Of a stretch of DNA of 64,000 nucleotides, positions 31,518-43,392 are shown piece by piece. Source of the DNA: Williopsis jadinii (lineage: Eukaryota); assembly GCA_024346625.1 (NCBI GenBank), contig AP024664.1, forward strand, positions 1,116,001-1,180,000, in the 5' to 3' direction. The translations under genes were made by a program, and so were the position numbers. Under the pieces are notes generated by a model, which worked only from the letters and a program-made list of their open reading frames with translations, was not told the DNA's origin and made no database searches. Numbering within the stretch: position 1 is the first letter of the stretch; every line of letters starts with the position of its first letter.

Positions 31518-34500
31518 ATCGTTCCCTGATGCCCGTCAATTGTGCCTTCAATATACCGAAATTATCAATAGAAGTCATCGACGTCCAAAATGGAGAAAAA
31601 AAGCTCTGTGGGCCGCTCGGTTCTGGGTGTACAAGGTTTCCACGGCAACGGAAACCGACAACCCAGCTCTGGCTTCGGATTACATAATCGAGATTAACTG
31701 TGGACGTAAGTTGTGTGTATGCATGACGTCATATTATGCGTAGCACTTGTTGTCAGTTTATCCGAGAAGTTGTCCTCCCACGCGGGTTGGAGGTTGAAAT
31801 ATATCGCTCGATCATCAATGCCTCGATGGCCTGTTATATAGCCTGTTTGCTTAGATGGGTGGAATTACACATTGACCAAGAGGCATTGTTCCTGAACAAG
31901 TGGCTTCAAGGCGTTTCATCTTTTCTTGGTAAATGGTCCACGGACCAGGGTGAAGCTTGAAGCGTTACGATGTCCCAATAGCTAGGACTTGCCTTGAGGA
32001 GTGCAAATGTCGTACAGTACTTGTTAGCGAGGAGACATGAGGTGAGGTATCGTGGTTGTCCGCTTCTTGTTCTTAGGGTAGCTGAAATCATTGGAACTAT
32101 GAACACAAGTATATACCAATTTGATCACCATAGAGCGATATAGGCCTGAAGAGCTTGGTGCGTTGTTGGGATAGCTCGTCAGTGTGCGAAGAGTGTCTTT
32201 TAGCTACAGACATGCTCAGAATTGCCAATGTAGTGAGGAGGCGTGGCTTTTCTTCAGGAGCAGTGGTTCCATATCTCGTATGCGATCTAACATATTATAA
32301 CTAAAAGATGTATCTGCCATGACGTTTAAACCAGAGAAAGAACCTGCTGGGTAATTGCACGCGTATCTCATTGAGAAGGGCGGAATCACGACCGTAAGTT
32401 GGCGCCTCTAATGTATGTCATCCGTATGCCGCGTACATATGATTTAATCAGAATGCAAATGTGTTAACGTTCATGTACACTGCAACAGGTTGTACCTTAA
32501 ATGGACATAACACACCACTCATTCCACAACAGCCAATGACCACCAATGAATTCAACCCAAAAATCCAAATGTAGGTACATCACAGCAACACACATGCGAG
32601 GTATGGGCAATAAGTAGAAACCCATACTTGTACGCGCAGTTAGAGTCTCCAGATAATTTGGTACACACCAATGCACTTGTTGTCGACTAGCCATAGTGTT
32701 CGGGAACCCACTTTGTAACCAGCCATAGATCCCACGTATAAGATCTATAGTGATAAAGCTCGGTGTTTCACTCAATACAATGCGCGTTTGAGCACCCATA
32801 GCATTGTAATCCAGATACAGAAGCGTGATACGACTCACTATGCTCCATATAGGAGTGATTTAAGCACCCTAGCGTTGTCTGATCTCTCTTGAGATTGAAC
32901 ATGGAAGGTGGTGATCGGACTGGCGAATTCTTCAAAACTCTAATGGACTAGTACTGCAGGTTGTTGGGAAAGAGAAATTTACTCCCCCACCTGGGATCTA
33001 AATTCTCGGTTTCTCACTAGCAGTGTACGTTGATATGGCTGGGGGGATAGGCATCTGAGTAAGCCCAGTAATCAATTAATCTCCAACTGCTTAGATACAG
33101 TGCTTTGCAATAATTACAAGCTAAAGTTGACTTTTCTTGTTCACGTCGGGAGAGATAAAAACTGCCAGGATCTAGAGTCTGTCGTTCCACACCTTGATAA
33201 CATAAGCGGAGTAAGAACGAACTCCATGAATAATCATCGTACGGCAAAGTTTTTTTGTCCTGTGCATGATGAAATGTTTCGACATGTGCAAAGCGTTTGA
33301 ACATGAGTACACCCACCTTCTCCAAGCTGGAGATGAGCAATCGATGACAGGTAACCAACGATGCTGGTTCCTGCTAACAGCATTTCGTGGTGAGTCCCTT
33401 CCTTTTCCATGGGTAATACCTCAACTGCTACAATCCTGTACGTACGTACAAGCTAGTTCACCCAACACTGTGTCCACCTATGTCAATGTACATACGCTCT
33501 TTGGTCAAATGTTCGATACGAATAGCAGATTTCGGATACTTGAAGACAAACCTGCAACTGGAGATCGACCATGTATGCCCATGTACAGGGAGACCCAACT
33601 TACAACATCCGCATGGAACCCAAAAAACGATGTTGAAAAGATTTTCGAGGCTATAATTAGCAACCGTACGAACATTTCAACTGACTGCAGTTTAGTACAT
33701 CGAACCTTGAACAAGAAGAGATCAGGATAATCGCTTGTGTGCTTTCTGATAACACTATCGCTCGCTTCATGTGATGCTTAGAAATGTGCACATATGTTCC
33801 ACGAAACTTCTCACATGGTCTCTTCTTTCTGAAGCTTCAATCAGAAACCGCAAGCCTCAAGGGCGTGTAAATACCTCTTTCCAAGGCCTAAGATGCAAAA
33901 TGCAGGTTGGGAACAAAATTTATTTGCGGTGTATATGTAGGTCCCACATCATACATGCAGATACTTCCAACTCGAAGGAAACAGCATTCAATAGGGACAA
34001 AAGTAACTTGAGTCCATTTATAGACCATTTTAATCATCTTTACTTTGGACATTAGCTTCTACAGGTATAGCGTGCTACTTGTGCCCACCGATTGAGTGTT
34101 CAAATGGTTAATTATATCCACTAAGGCTGCCCTTTGCGTCGACGCATTTCCCGTTATCTCGACGGGGCCTGCTAGTGAGACCAGGGCGATCTGTAGAACT
34201 CAACGGTCCATATACCGGTAGAAATGTATAAATGAAGCTCTACCCTGCATTTTTCGTTTAGAGCGTTGTCCTCCCAACATTAGTAACAGCTGGTGTGAGG
34301 AGTTTAGAGCAGGACAACAACATCTGTTTACGCTAGTGTGTGTAGTTTCCGCAGTGATATTTGAACTTGGCCATCGATCTGTAAGTCGGCGTGGGATTTT
34401 GACACGTCTTTGGGGTGAAATTACTGACTGTTATTCTAGACAACTATTGCACAGCAGCTAACCAGCGTGGCACTTGGAGGTGTACATCAGCACAAGTTTA

Positions 34501-35474
34501 ACAGTTTACAACGGCATTATTGAGCTTTTTCCCGGCAATTGAACAGCCCTATCCTCATCAAAGACAACACAGGGATCAAGATCCGTCATCGATCAGCGAA
34601 GCTCAGCAGTTAACAGTTCAATTGTATAACGACGACAAACACTGTCGCGCACAGGTACAAAAGAAACGTCCCCAGTGATCACTAACTACGGCGTGGGTTC
34701 CGCTCAGCATCCATTCTTATCAGATCTGGCCATCATATCCAGAGTTCTCCATTCTTCGTCGACGTTCATCATCCGAGTGAACGTACACAACCCGTTCGCA
34801 AAATCACCACCGCTCGCACGACACTTCGGACCACAGAAGAAAGGCCCTACACGCGAAACGAAGCAAGGGATCAACCACGCGATTCCATCGGCATAGAGAG
34901 CTAACCAACTGAGGCACTCTCTCAAGGGCAGAACTGAAGGACTAAGCCCCCCAACTCTCGGAGACACCACCGTATTTACAAAGCCCTAGTTTTAGAGTTT
35001 CCTAAGGCTTGACGTGGTTCACCTGGTTACACCACAGCGCAAAAAAAAACCACAGATCTTTCTAAGCGTTGTTTTTCGCACGTTTTTTTCTTTTTCGTGT
35101 GCAAATTTTTGGTGTTCCGGATTTACAAGCAAAGCTTCGAAAACCGCATTTCATAACCACAGTAAAAAGCAAAGGAAACACGGAAGCTGCAACCTCATAG
35201 CATTTCCATCTGAGACGGCAGGCAGAGTTGTGAACAAAAAAACATACACACTTTAGGATTCTTTTGTGATCCTCGGTTGCCTTTTTTTCGAGTTTTGGTT
35301 GTTAAGTGAAGTGGAAGTTTGCGTTTGTTTATTTTGTGTGTGCATCGCTGTTTTTTATTGTGAGCTTTTATCAACGGAGGACGAGTAGCAAACCAGAAAA
35401 CAGGAGGGGGTTTCCGTTCTTTTGATCAAGTGACATTCCATTTCCGAACCATTGCCGGTATATCACAGCCAGAC

Positions 35475-37598
35475 ATGCCGGATCAGACACCTTTGTCTCC
35501 AAGCAAGGAGCTTTCACGGTTGTCGTTGGAGGAAGTGCGCTCTCCAAGGGGATCTTATACCATCAATGCGGATATCCAGGCCCGGTTGATGGCATTTCAA
35601 GAACAGCGCCAGGCCAGTCGTTCATCGTCTTCGAACCATGTTGAGTCTGCGACGGTGTCGAGGAGTCAGGAGGATCTGAGCGCAGAGGCGGAGAGGGAGA
35701 GAGATAACTTCCAAAGGCAACAGCAGCTCCAACGGAAAAAGTCTCTACAGAGGAAACAACAGCAGGAGAAACCGCTACCGCCGCTACCACCGAAGGACTT
35801 GAAACTGGAGAAGCAGGGTGTTGATGAGGAGTGTGATCAGAATCCTTTGTTATCTCTGCGTCTGAGCTCACTTCAGCAAAAGCAGGATATACGGAAAGAT
35901 CAACAGCGAGGAGATGTGCGTGACAATGAGGAGCCGCAAGAACGCCAGAGACCTACTGAACACCAAGAAGAGCCGCATTTGTTCAAACCACAGCAACAAT
36001 CCGCATCTGTGAATGACGTATCGTCGTTAGGATCACCACTGGCGGGAGAGATATCGTCGATTCCTACACTACCGCAACAGCAACAACAGCAGTCGGTTGC
36101 TGCCGGTGTGTCTGTACATTCTGGACGGCCATCGCTTCCAGATGCTCAAGTTCCTCAGCTACAGACACGGTCCCAACAGAAGTTTCAGATGCTGGCTCAG
36201 CAACAGCAACAGCAGCAACAGCGTTTGCAAGGTAACCAGCTTAATCCACAGAGACCAGCACCAGCATTGCCAATCAACACTCATAATGCACAAGTGAGTC
36301 CACAAGTTGCAGCAAGAATGCCCAAGACGAAACAATCGTTATCAATGCGTCGTGGTATGAAACTACCCGGTGGCTTACCTGGAGCAACACCTTTGGTTAG
36401 CGGTAATGCTAGTGCTGATACAAAAGACGATGTCACTACAAATAGCGCTGGTGATTCCAACTCTGTATCAAACCTTCTGAGTAAGAAATCAAAACAACCT
36501 CTCCAGCCACAACAGCAGCAGCCTTCATTACAATTGAAAGGTTTATTTGCAAACTTTTCCAAATATATCGATATCAAATCTGGGTCTTTGAACTTTGCAG
36601 GCAAGTTATCCTTGGACTCAAAGGGTATCAATTTTAACGGTACCAAGTTCAACATCTCTGCAGATGATTTGGAATTCATCGAAGAACTTGGGCGTGGTAA
36701 CTATGGTACTGTGAGCAAAGTGTTACATAAACCAACTGGAATTATTATGGCGATGAAGGAGGTTAGATTGGAGTTGGATGATTCGAAGTTCAGACAGATT
36801 TTGATGGAGTTGGAGGTGCTACACAAGTGTAATAGTCCGTACATTATCGACTTCTATGGTGCGTTCTTCGTGGAAGGTGCTGTGTACATGTGTATGGAAT
36901 TCATGGATGGTGGCTCTCTTGATAGAATCTACGGTGACGGTGTCGACGAGCCTCACCTTAAGTACGTTGCTGATAGTGTCATAAGGGGGTTGATGGAGTT
37001 GAAAGAGAAGCACAACGTCATCCATAGGGACGTCAAACCTACAAATATATTGGTGAACACCGCTGGTAAAGTGAAACTATGTGACTTTGGTGTTTCTGGA
37101 AACCTGGTTGCATCACTTGCAAAGACAAACATTGGTTGTCAGTCCTATATGGCTCCTGAGAGAATCAAATCACAAAGTCCAGACGACGTTGCGTACACCG
37201 TTCAATCTGACATTTGGTCCCTGGGACTCTCGATACTGGAAACTGCAAAGGGATGCTACCCATATCCACCAGAAACCTTCAACAACATCTTTTCGCAGTT
37301 GAGTGCCATTGTCGATGGTGAACCACCAAAGCTACCCGATGGGTTCTCGCCGTTGGCTCATGACTTCATAGCTCACTGTCTCGATAAGATCCCAGAGAGA
37401 AGACCAAATTACGCCCAGCTGCTGAAGCACCCATGGTTTGCAGATATGATAGATCAAGCTGAAATGTCCCACTACGTCAAGCTGAGAATCAAAGAGGCCA
37501 AACAGGAAAAGACAAAACAGGACAAAGAGGACTTCAAGCAGTTGAATCAGAAGCTGAAACCACCATTACATAGAGGAGGCGCACCGAAAGGTACCTAA
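35475..37598 (+). CDS. PBS2: HOG-pathway MAP kinase kinase Pbs2
   Basis: ATG at 35475; SH3-binding 'KPLPPLP', 'SLSMRRGMKL', and kinase motifs 'LGRGNYGTV', 'HRDVKPTN', 'GNLVASLAKTNIGCQSYMAPERI'. Confidence 0.95.
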   Translation: MPDQTPLSPSKELSRLSLEEVRSPRGSYTINADIQARLMAFQEQRQASRSSSSNHVESATVSRSQEDLSAEAERERDNFQRQQQLQRKKSLQRKQQQEKPLPPLPPKDLKLEKQGVDEECDQNPLLSLRLSSLQQKQDIRKDQQRGDVRDNEEPQERQRPTEHQEEPHLFKPQQQSASVNDVSSLGSPLAGEISSIPTLPQQQQQQSVAAGVSVHSGRPSLPDAQVPQLQTRSQQKFQMLAQQQQQQQQRLQGNQLNPQRPAPALPINTHNAQVSPQVAARMPKTKQSLSMRRGMKLPGGLPGATPLVSGNASADTKDDVTTNSAGDSNSVSNLLSKKSKQPLQPQQQQPSLQLKGLFANFSKYIDIKSGSLNFAGKLSLDSKGINFNGTKFNISADDLEFIEELGRGNYGTVSKVLHKPTGIIMAMKEVRLELDDSKFRQILMELEVLHKCNSPYIIDFYGAFFVEGAVYMCMEFMDGGSLDRIYGDGVDEPHLKYVADSVIRGLMELKEKHNVIHRDVKPTNILVNTAGKVKLCDFGVSGNLVASLAKTNIGCQSYMAPERIKSQSPDDVAYTVQSDIWSLGLSILETAKGCYPYPPETFNNIFSQLSAIVDGEPPKLPDGFSPLAHDFIAHCLDKIPERRPNYAQLLKHPWFADMIDQAEMSHYVKLRIKEAKQEKTKQDKEDFKQLNQKLKPPLHRGGAPKGT

Positions 37599-37846
37599 GT
37601 AACTCATTGGCAAAGGACAAAGTACCAAGTTGCATTTATACCTTTTTGCTATCTTGAATTGTAATGCTGTGTAGATACAAAGTTCTCAGAGATGCTCTCC
37701 CTGGCCCTGCCGAGCTCCCCGTAAAAGTTTTCTGCCTGGGACAGCAGCAGCAGCAGCAGCAGCGGCGGCGGGCACCAGCCCAAGAAAACCCAGCGCAAAA
37801 CTCCCTGTCTGACACATTGAAGGGTGATCTTAGGCTAAAGACGGTG

Positions 37847-39142
37847 ATGTTCCCTACAATTGGCCTGAAGACAAAGATTGGCCTTGGACTCTTGTTGTCC
37901 TATTCGTCGTATGCGGTGTTCGTCTCCATAAGGACGAATTCAGAGATCTCTAAAAGGGCCAAAGCTGAGCAGCTTCGTCTACAGTCAACAACACCATCCG
38001 AGGGAGATAACGAGCCTGTGTGCTTGAGCCATAACCATGACCAATATTCCTCGCTTACAGTTGCTGGAAGATTTGAGAATCCATTTGATGAGTACAGGTC
38101 CTTAACACTGTTCGAGTTCTTCCTGTCAAGGATACTGGAACTGTTTGAAGGACGTGGACGTGGAGGTGTTCCGCATGGCTCAGAGCTTCGGAAGCTGTTA
38201 CCAGTCCATACACCAGATATGGAACTAATACACCATCCAACGTTAGAGGATCCTGAGTTGCCACAGCCCGATGAAAGAATGACATTCACGTGGCTCGGTC
38301 AGAGCTGTGCGTTTGTCCAGCTGTCAGGCTTGAATATCCTTACAGATCCTCTGTTCAGCAATTATCTCGTTAACAGATACCTCGGACCAAAGCGAATCAC
38401 TCCATCTGCTTGTCAGTTAAGAGATCTTCCCACACCAAAGTACGTGCTGGTCTCACATAATCACCCGGATCATTTGGATCTGGAAGCTGCTGATGAGATT
38501 ATGAACAAATCAACCTGGATCGTCCCGTTAGGTATTAGAAAGACTTTGGCTAAAAGAGGCATATATAATACAATCGAAATGGACTGGTGGGATAGAGTGA
38601 AATTGGATGTTGCTGAAGATCCAGATAATGTGTACGAGCTTGCATGTACCCCAGCGATGCACTGGTCTGGAAGAAGCTTGGTCGATTCTAATCATACGCT
38701 ATGGTGTTCGTTTGTCGTTCTGAAGAATGGAAAACCTCTTCTGTTCCATGCTGGTGATACCGGCTATACAGATGGCGTGTTTAAGAAGATCTCGGAGACG
38801 TATGGCTCAGGAATGAAGTTAGCAATGTTGCCAATGGGACAGTATTGTCCACAATGGCATCAGAAACCACGCCATATAAACCCTGAGGAATGTGTGAAGA
38901 TTATGGAGGATCTCAAGGCCAAGAAGATGGTTGGAATTCATTGGGGAACTTTTGTTCTCAGTAGTGAACACTTTCTTGAACCAAAGCTCAAGCTGGAGCA
39001 GATTGCTTCACAGTATAACAAAGAGAACGATTACTTAGTTCCAAGATTTGGACAGACAATGGTGTTTGACTTACGAGATGACGACAAAGCACCATCAGAG
39101 GTACACACGGTAAGAGACGGTAAGAGTGTACTGGTTAAATGA
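37847..39142 (+). CDS. FMP30: NAPE-specific phospholipase D-like metallo-beta-lactamase, mitochondrial
   Basis: 'GRFENPF', 'TWLGQS', 'SHNHPDHLD', 'PAMHWSGR', 'AGDTGY', 'GIHWGTF'; likely start at 37847. Confidence 0.88.
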   Translation: MFPTIGLKTKIGLGLLLSYSSYAVFVSIRTNSEISKRAKAEQLRLQSTTPSEGDNEPVCLSHNHDQYSSLTVAGRFENPFDEYRSLTLFEFFLSRILELFEGRGRGGVPHGSELRKLLPVHTPDMELIHHPTLEDPELPQPDERMTFTWLGQSCAFVQLSGLNILTDPLFSNYLVNRYLGPKRITPSACQLRDLPTPKYVLVSHNHPDHLDLEAADEIMNKSTWIVPLGIRKTLAKRGIYNTIEMDWWDRVKLDVAEDPDNVYELACTPAMHWSGRSLVDSNHTLWCSFVVLKNGKPLLFHAGDTGYTDGVFKKISETYGSGMKLAMLPMGQYCPQWHQKPRHINPEECVKIMEDLKAKKMVGIHWGTFVLSSEHFLEPKLKLEQIASQYNKENDYLVPRFGQTMVFDLRDDDKAPSEVHTVRDGKSVLVK

Positions 39143-39187
39143 TACATAGAGAACAAAACACATACAAGAGAATTCAGAATATTGCCA

Positions 39188-39688
39188 TCATTTCTTGAAC
39201 TGATCAAGTGTTGTTGGGTCTTGCAAGACCAACGAAAGGTCTTTGCTTGTGTCCTCGTAGTACTGCATTGATTTCAACATGTCCTTATCTTCAAGCCCTT
39301 TCATCACGTTGTAGCAGTTATTTTCCACTTTACGCAACTGGTACAGCTCGTATTTGAAAGCTAACCATTCCACTGGCTTCTTTGCTAAGAGGGACATCAC
39401 AATGGCACCGGCACCAAGAGTCAAGAAAGGCTTTTTCTTATACCATTGAGGAGCAAATGTTCTAGCAGCTGGCAAGACCGTAAGAATACCAAGAGCAACA
39501 ACAAATTTCGGAATAGCTTCTTCCATTTCCTTGAAAGTACGGAACAGAGCCTTTCTCTCGCTCAAATCCAACTTCTTATCGGCTTCGTAGAAACGCAGGG
39601 CATCATCCAAGGATGTGCTATAGAGGTGGTGATGTGGGTGGTCCTTGTCGGTAATAATCTTCTCTTCAGTGGCTTTATCCGGAGTCAT
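39188..39688 (-). CDS. Short DUF1689 / Rci37 (YIL077C)-like two-TM protein
   Basis: 'DDALRFYEADKKLDLSERKAL', two hydrophobic segments and 'YNVMKGL...QYYEDT...LQDP' resemble the YIL077C core as recalled. Confidence 0.55.
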   Translation of the reverse strand: MTPDKATEEKIITDKDHPHHHLYSTSLDDALRFYEADKKLDLSERKALFRTFKEMEEAIPKFVVALGILTVLPAARTFAPQWYKKKPFLTLGAGAIVMSLLAKKPVEWLAFKYELYQLRKVENNCYNVMKGLEDKDMLKSMQYYEDTSKDLSLVLQDPTTLDQFKK

Positions 39689-40287
39689 TATGAGAGCTGT
39701 GTGATACTATTGATGAATAAGGTGAGAGGAGAGTTACAAGCTTGCTCGATTGCTTAAATATGAATGATACAACAGGAACTCTAGTGCTTATGGTGTCGAT
39801 TTCCGTGGAACAATCACGGCCAGACACATATACATAACCAGAGCGCACATTGGAACCGAGGAAAAGACAGCAGAGGATGGACGGACCGGCTATTATACTA
39901 CTTCTATAGACACATTACGCTTCTCCTAGCTGTGCCACCCGCAGTGCCTTCATTCATGGAGCATCTGGTAAGCAATATTGCTGAAACTTTAAGCAGTCCA
40001 TCTGCAGCACTGGCTTTACAAAGCAGATTGCGATACATCCACGGACCAAGTTCCAGTGAGGCACTTTAACACATATTTCCGCTCAAAGTGAAGAGACAGG
40101 CTTCAGACGATTCCATTGTCTTCCCCGTGTAGGTTGCATACGTTTCAGATCATCTCTATGCACTTGGAACAGGCGCAGATGTGAGCTCCGGAAGCATAAA
40201 GCTTTCCGTCATACAAAGAGTTGAGTCAGCTTAGCCATGAAAGCCGCGTGCTTTATGTATTATTTACAGATCAGTTGAATGTTGTCT

Positions 40288-41208
40288 CTAAACTCTTGAC
40301 TTTTTCATCAGTTCTTCCAAGATTTCATCTTTTATCTTATAAGTGTGCGTGCCATACTCTGGGAACCGTCCAGATTTAACCTCGGAGACGTACGAAGACA
40401 TGGCCTCCACCAGGAGGGAGTGTCCTTCGATGAAGGTCTTGACGAATTTTGGTCTGTGGCCGTTCCCTAAGCCTAGCAAGTCCGTTTGAACAAGGACTTG
40501 GCCGCTTGTGTCTGGTCCAGCCCCTATGCCGATAGTTGGGATCTCGAGCTGCTCAGTGATGATTTTGGCCAGCTTGTGTGGAATTGCCTCTAAAACCATG
40601 GAGAACGCACCGGCTTCCTGTACCTTTAGCGCATCTTCAACAACCTTTTCAGCACTTTGTAAAGTACGACCTTGCACTTTGAACCCACCCAGCGCGTTAG
40701 ACCTCTGTGGTGTTAACCCGACATGGGCCATCACTGGGATTCCCAGCTGTGTCAGTTGCTTTATTGTCGGCGCAATCTCCACACCACCCTCTAGTTTCAC
40801 CGCATTGGCCCGACCCTTCGAGATCAGCTGAACTGCAGAGTCTATGGCCTTCGACGTTGACGATTCGTAGCTTCCGAATGGCATATCTGCCACGATGAAG
40901 CTCTTCTCCACACCACGGGAAACCGCGCGACAGTGATACAGGAACTCGTCAAATGGTATCTCATTTGTATCGCTATAACCCAGCGCAACCATTGCTAAGG
41001 AATCCCCAACGAGAATCATATCCGCGTTGGCCTCGTCAGCCATCTGGCCTGTGAGGTAATCATATGCCGTGATGACGGTGATCTTCTCCTTGGAATCGTA
41101 AAGCTTTGCAATGTCGCTGAGCGTGTTCCTCTGGACGTTCGATTGCGCACTGAACACCGCTCTCGAGGAGTGGAAACACCTCCTCTGCACAAGTCGTAGA
41201 CGGAACAT
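40288..41208 (-). CDS. ECM31: Ketopantoate hydroxymethyltransferase (PanB)
   Basis: 'ITAYDY', 'LVGDSLAMVALG', 'ADMPFGSY', 'AVKLEGG', 'HVGLTPQ'; mitochondrial-type presequence. Confidence 0.95.
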   Translation of the reverse strand: MFRLRLVQRRCFHSSRAVFSAQSNVQRNTLSDIAKLYDSKEKITVITAYDYLTGQMADEANADMILVGDSLAMVALGYSDTNEIPFDEFLYHCRAVSRGVEKSFIVADMPFGSYESSTSKAIDSAVQLISKGRANAVKLEGGVEIAPTIKQLTQLGIPVMAHVGLTPQRSNALGGFKVQGRTLQSAEKVVEDALKVQEAGAFSMVLEAIPHKLAKIITEQLEIPTIGIGAGPDTSGQVLVQTDLLGLGNGHRPKFVKTFIEGHSLLVEAMSSYVSEVKSGRFPEYGTHTYKIKDEILEELMKKSRV

Positions 41209-41417
41209 ATCAGCACACCCCTGCTTATCCTCCTTTCTTCACGAGATCACTTGAACAACGCAGCAGATGAAACAGTTGTCGGGAGCCAAACTCCAAGCAA
41301 TGTCTTGCTCGTATAGGCGAGAGAAAGTGGGAGAGTTGTACGGCACAGATGACCGAGGCACTCGCTCATCGCACATGCGGTGCGAACCAACACCCGGACA
41401 CCGGCAAAATCAACGAT

Positions 41418-41451
41418 GCACCGGTACGCGCAGCACCGGTACGCGCAGCAC
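41418..41451. repeat. 15-bp direct repeat x2 (GCACCGGTACGCGCA)
   Basis: Visible directly in the ECM31/phosphatase intergenic region. Confidence 0.8.
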
Positions 41452-42048
41452 TATCACAACTGGCGCATAACGTCTAGCAGCGTGGGCAACGAGATGGGTG
41501 ATGGGCTCCCTTTTGATAGGTTTCCGAGACATAGATCTGTTATCCTGAAGCCGGTGTCGTTGAGCCAGATCCGCGTAGCCCAGTAGATGTCCACAGCGAC
41601 AGTTTTAAGCGCACACACGGTTCCAAGGCCGGGGCAGATGTGCTGGTTGGAGTTAGGAGGGCACGTTTTTTCACTGCTCTTCCCCAGGTGCCCCCCACAC
41701 ACGAGGCAAAAGTCTGTGTAGACCGCGTAGGTTGATCATTCTCCGTTGTACCTTTGTCTCGCAAGGTATTTTAAGGAAAAGCCCATCTCCTTTTGATCAC
41801 TGTTGAAGGAAGGTTAGCCATTGTTGAATGTGTATGGCTCGTCATACACTTAGCGTCTGTGTTTGGCTTGGAAGAACGGAGTAAAAAGGCAGAAACGCGT
41901 GTCACGCTGGTCCCGGTGTTTCATAGATCATCGTCTGTTGACGCGTTGTGAGTTCTGATACAAAGAGAAACATTTCCTGTTCAGTTTCAGGAGGTGACAC
42001 TGTTCAGTTTTGAAGCTGGAGTCCAGCAGCAACCGACCACAGCTCACG

Positions 42049-43392
42049 ATGCACGTGTTCCCCGTGTTGATCTGTGTCATGTTACTGAGGCTATCGGAGG
42101 GAGCCCTCATCTTCAACTACCACTCCAAACCATACGACCAAGGCGCTCTTGATGAGTACAACGTCCTTCGATTCTTAGGAGTGTCGTCGCCATACGTCCA
42201 GCACCCGGGCTTTGGTATTGGCAGAGCTACGCCTAATGGGTGTGAAGTTACTCAGATGAACCTAATATCTCGTCACGGTGAGAGGTATCCAACCACAAGC
42301 CAAGGTCAAACGATGGAACGGAACTTGGCAAGGTTGAGGTTCAATATAACGGAACGTCTTAATGGACCTTTATCGTTCTTACCCACTTACGATTTCGTTG
42401 CATTGAACCCGGAGCTGTACGAACAGGAAACCACCAGTGGACCATACGCTGGGCTTGCAGATATGTTCTCATTTGGGGAGACTATGAGGTACCGTTATGA
42501 CCACTTAGTCAGGGATGCTTCACAGCTGAAGTTCTATCCATCATCTCAGAAGAGAATTGTTGATTCTGCAACGTGGTTTGCGCATGGATTCATGGGCTCC
42601 AGCTTCCACAACTCCTCTATCATCCCCATCGACGAGTTTACAGATATGACAGGAGCAAATTCACTGACACCTGTCAATTCATGCCGAAACTACAACAGCA
42701 GGGCAGAGATGGATACTATTAGTCGATATTCAAAGGAGTTTATGAGTGACGCTGCGAAGAGAATGAACAAATCCACACCAGGGTTGAATCTAACCAGTGA
42801 CGAAGTGTGGTCTCTGTTCACACATTGTGGATTCGACCTGAACATCCGTGGTGTCTCCACGCTTTGTGAGATCTTCACCGCAGATGAACTTATCTCCTTT
42901 GCGTACCTTTACAACGTCGAGACGTACTACGGACAAGGCCCAGGTCATAATATGAGCATTGCCATTGGATCACCATACGTCAATGCCATGATCAAGATGC
43001 TTGATGACGACACGAGGAACCTGACAATGTCCTTTGCTCACGACACAGACATCTTCTTTATCCTGTCCACTCTGGGCTTATATGACGGAAATGGGCCTTT
43101 ACCTGTCGACCACCTCGAATTGAACAACGCATGGAGAGTGTCTGATCTGATGCCAATGGGATCAAGGCTGATCATGGAGAGATTAGAATGCTCTGGCAAC
43201 AAGTACGTTAGGTTCATCCATAACGATGCCGTCATACCAATTCCCACGCTGAACAAGGGCCCAGGCTTCAGCGCACCGCTAAAGGAGTTCAAGCACTACA
43301 TTACAAAGCGACTAGGTGACACCAGCTATGCCAGCGCCTGTGGCAACCCAGATGACCTGCCTAACGAGCTGACATTCTACTGGGACCACTAG
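42049..43392 (+). CDS. Secreted histidine acid phosphatase / phytase (Pho5/Pho3 family)
   Basis: Signal peptide 'MHVFPVLICVMLLRLSEG', 'RHGERYP' and 'FAHDTDI' catalytic motifs, several N-glycosylation sequons, C-terminal 'LTFYWDH'. Confidence 0.9.
   Translation: MHVFPVLICVMLLRLSEGALIFNYHSKPYDQGALDEYNVLRFLGVSSPYVQHPGFGIGRATPNGCEVTQMNLISRHGERYPTTSQGQTMERNLARLRFNITERLNGPLSFLPTYDFVALNPELYEQETTSGPYAGLADMFSFGETMRYRYDHLVRDASQLKFYPSSQKRIVDSATWFAHGFMGSSFHNSSIIPIDEFTDMTGANSLTPVNSCRNYNSRAEMDTISRYSKEFMSDAAKRMNKSTPGLNLTSDEVWSLFTHCGFDLNIRGVSTLCEIFTADELISFAYLYNVETYYGQGPGHNMSIAIGSPYVNAMIKMLDDDTRNLTMSFAHDTDIFFILSTLGLYDGNGPLPVDHLELNNAWRVSDLMPMGSRLIMERLECSGNKYVRFIHNDAVIPIPTLNKGPGFSAPLKEFKHYITKRLGDTSYASACGNPDDLPNELTFYWDH

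Noticed and set aside
37664..37846. Poly-Q N-terminal extension of FMP30
   Set aside because: Comes from a (CAG)7 microsatellite just after the PBS2 stop; the downstream ATG at 37847 gives a more plausible mitochondrial N-terminus.
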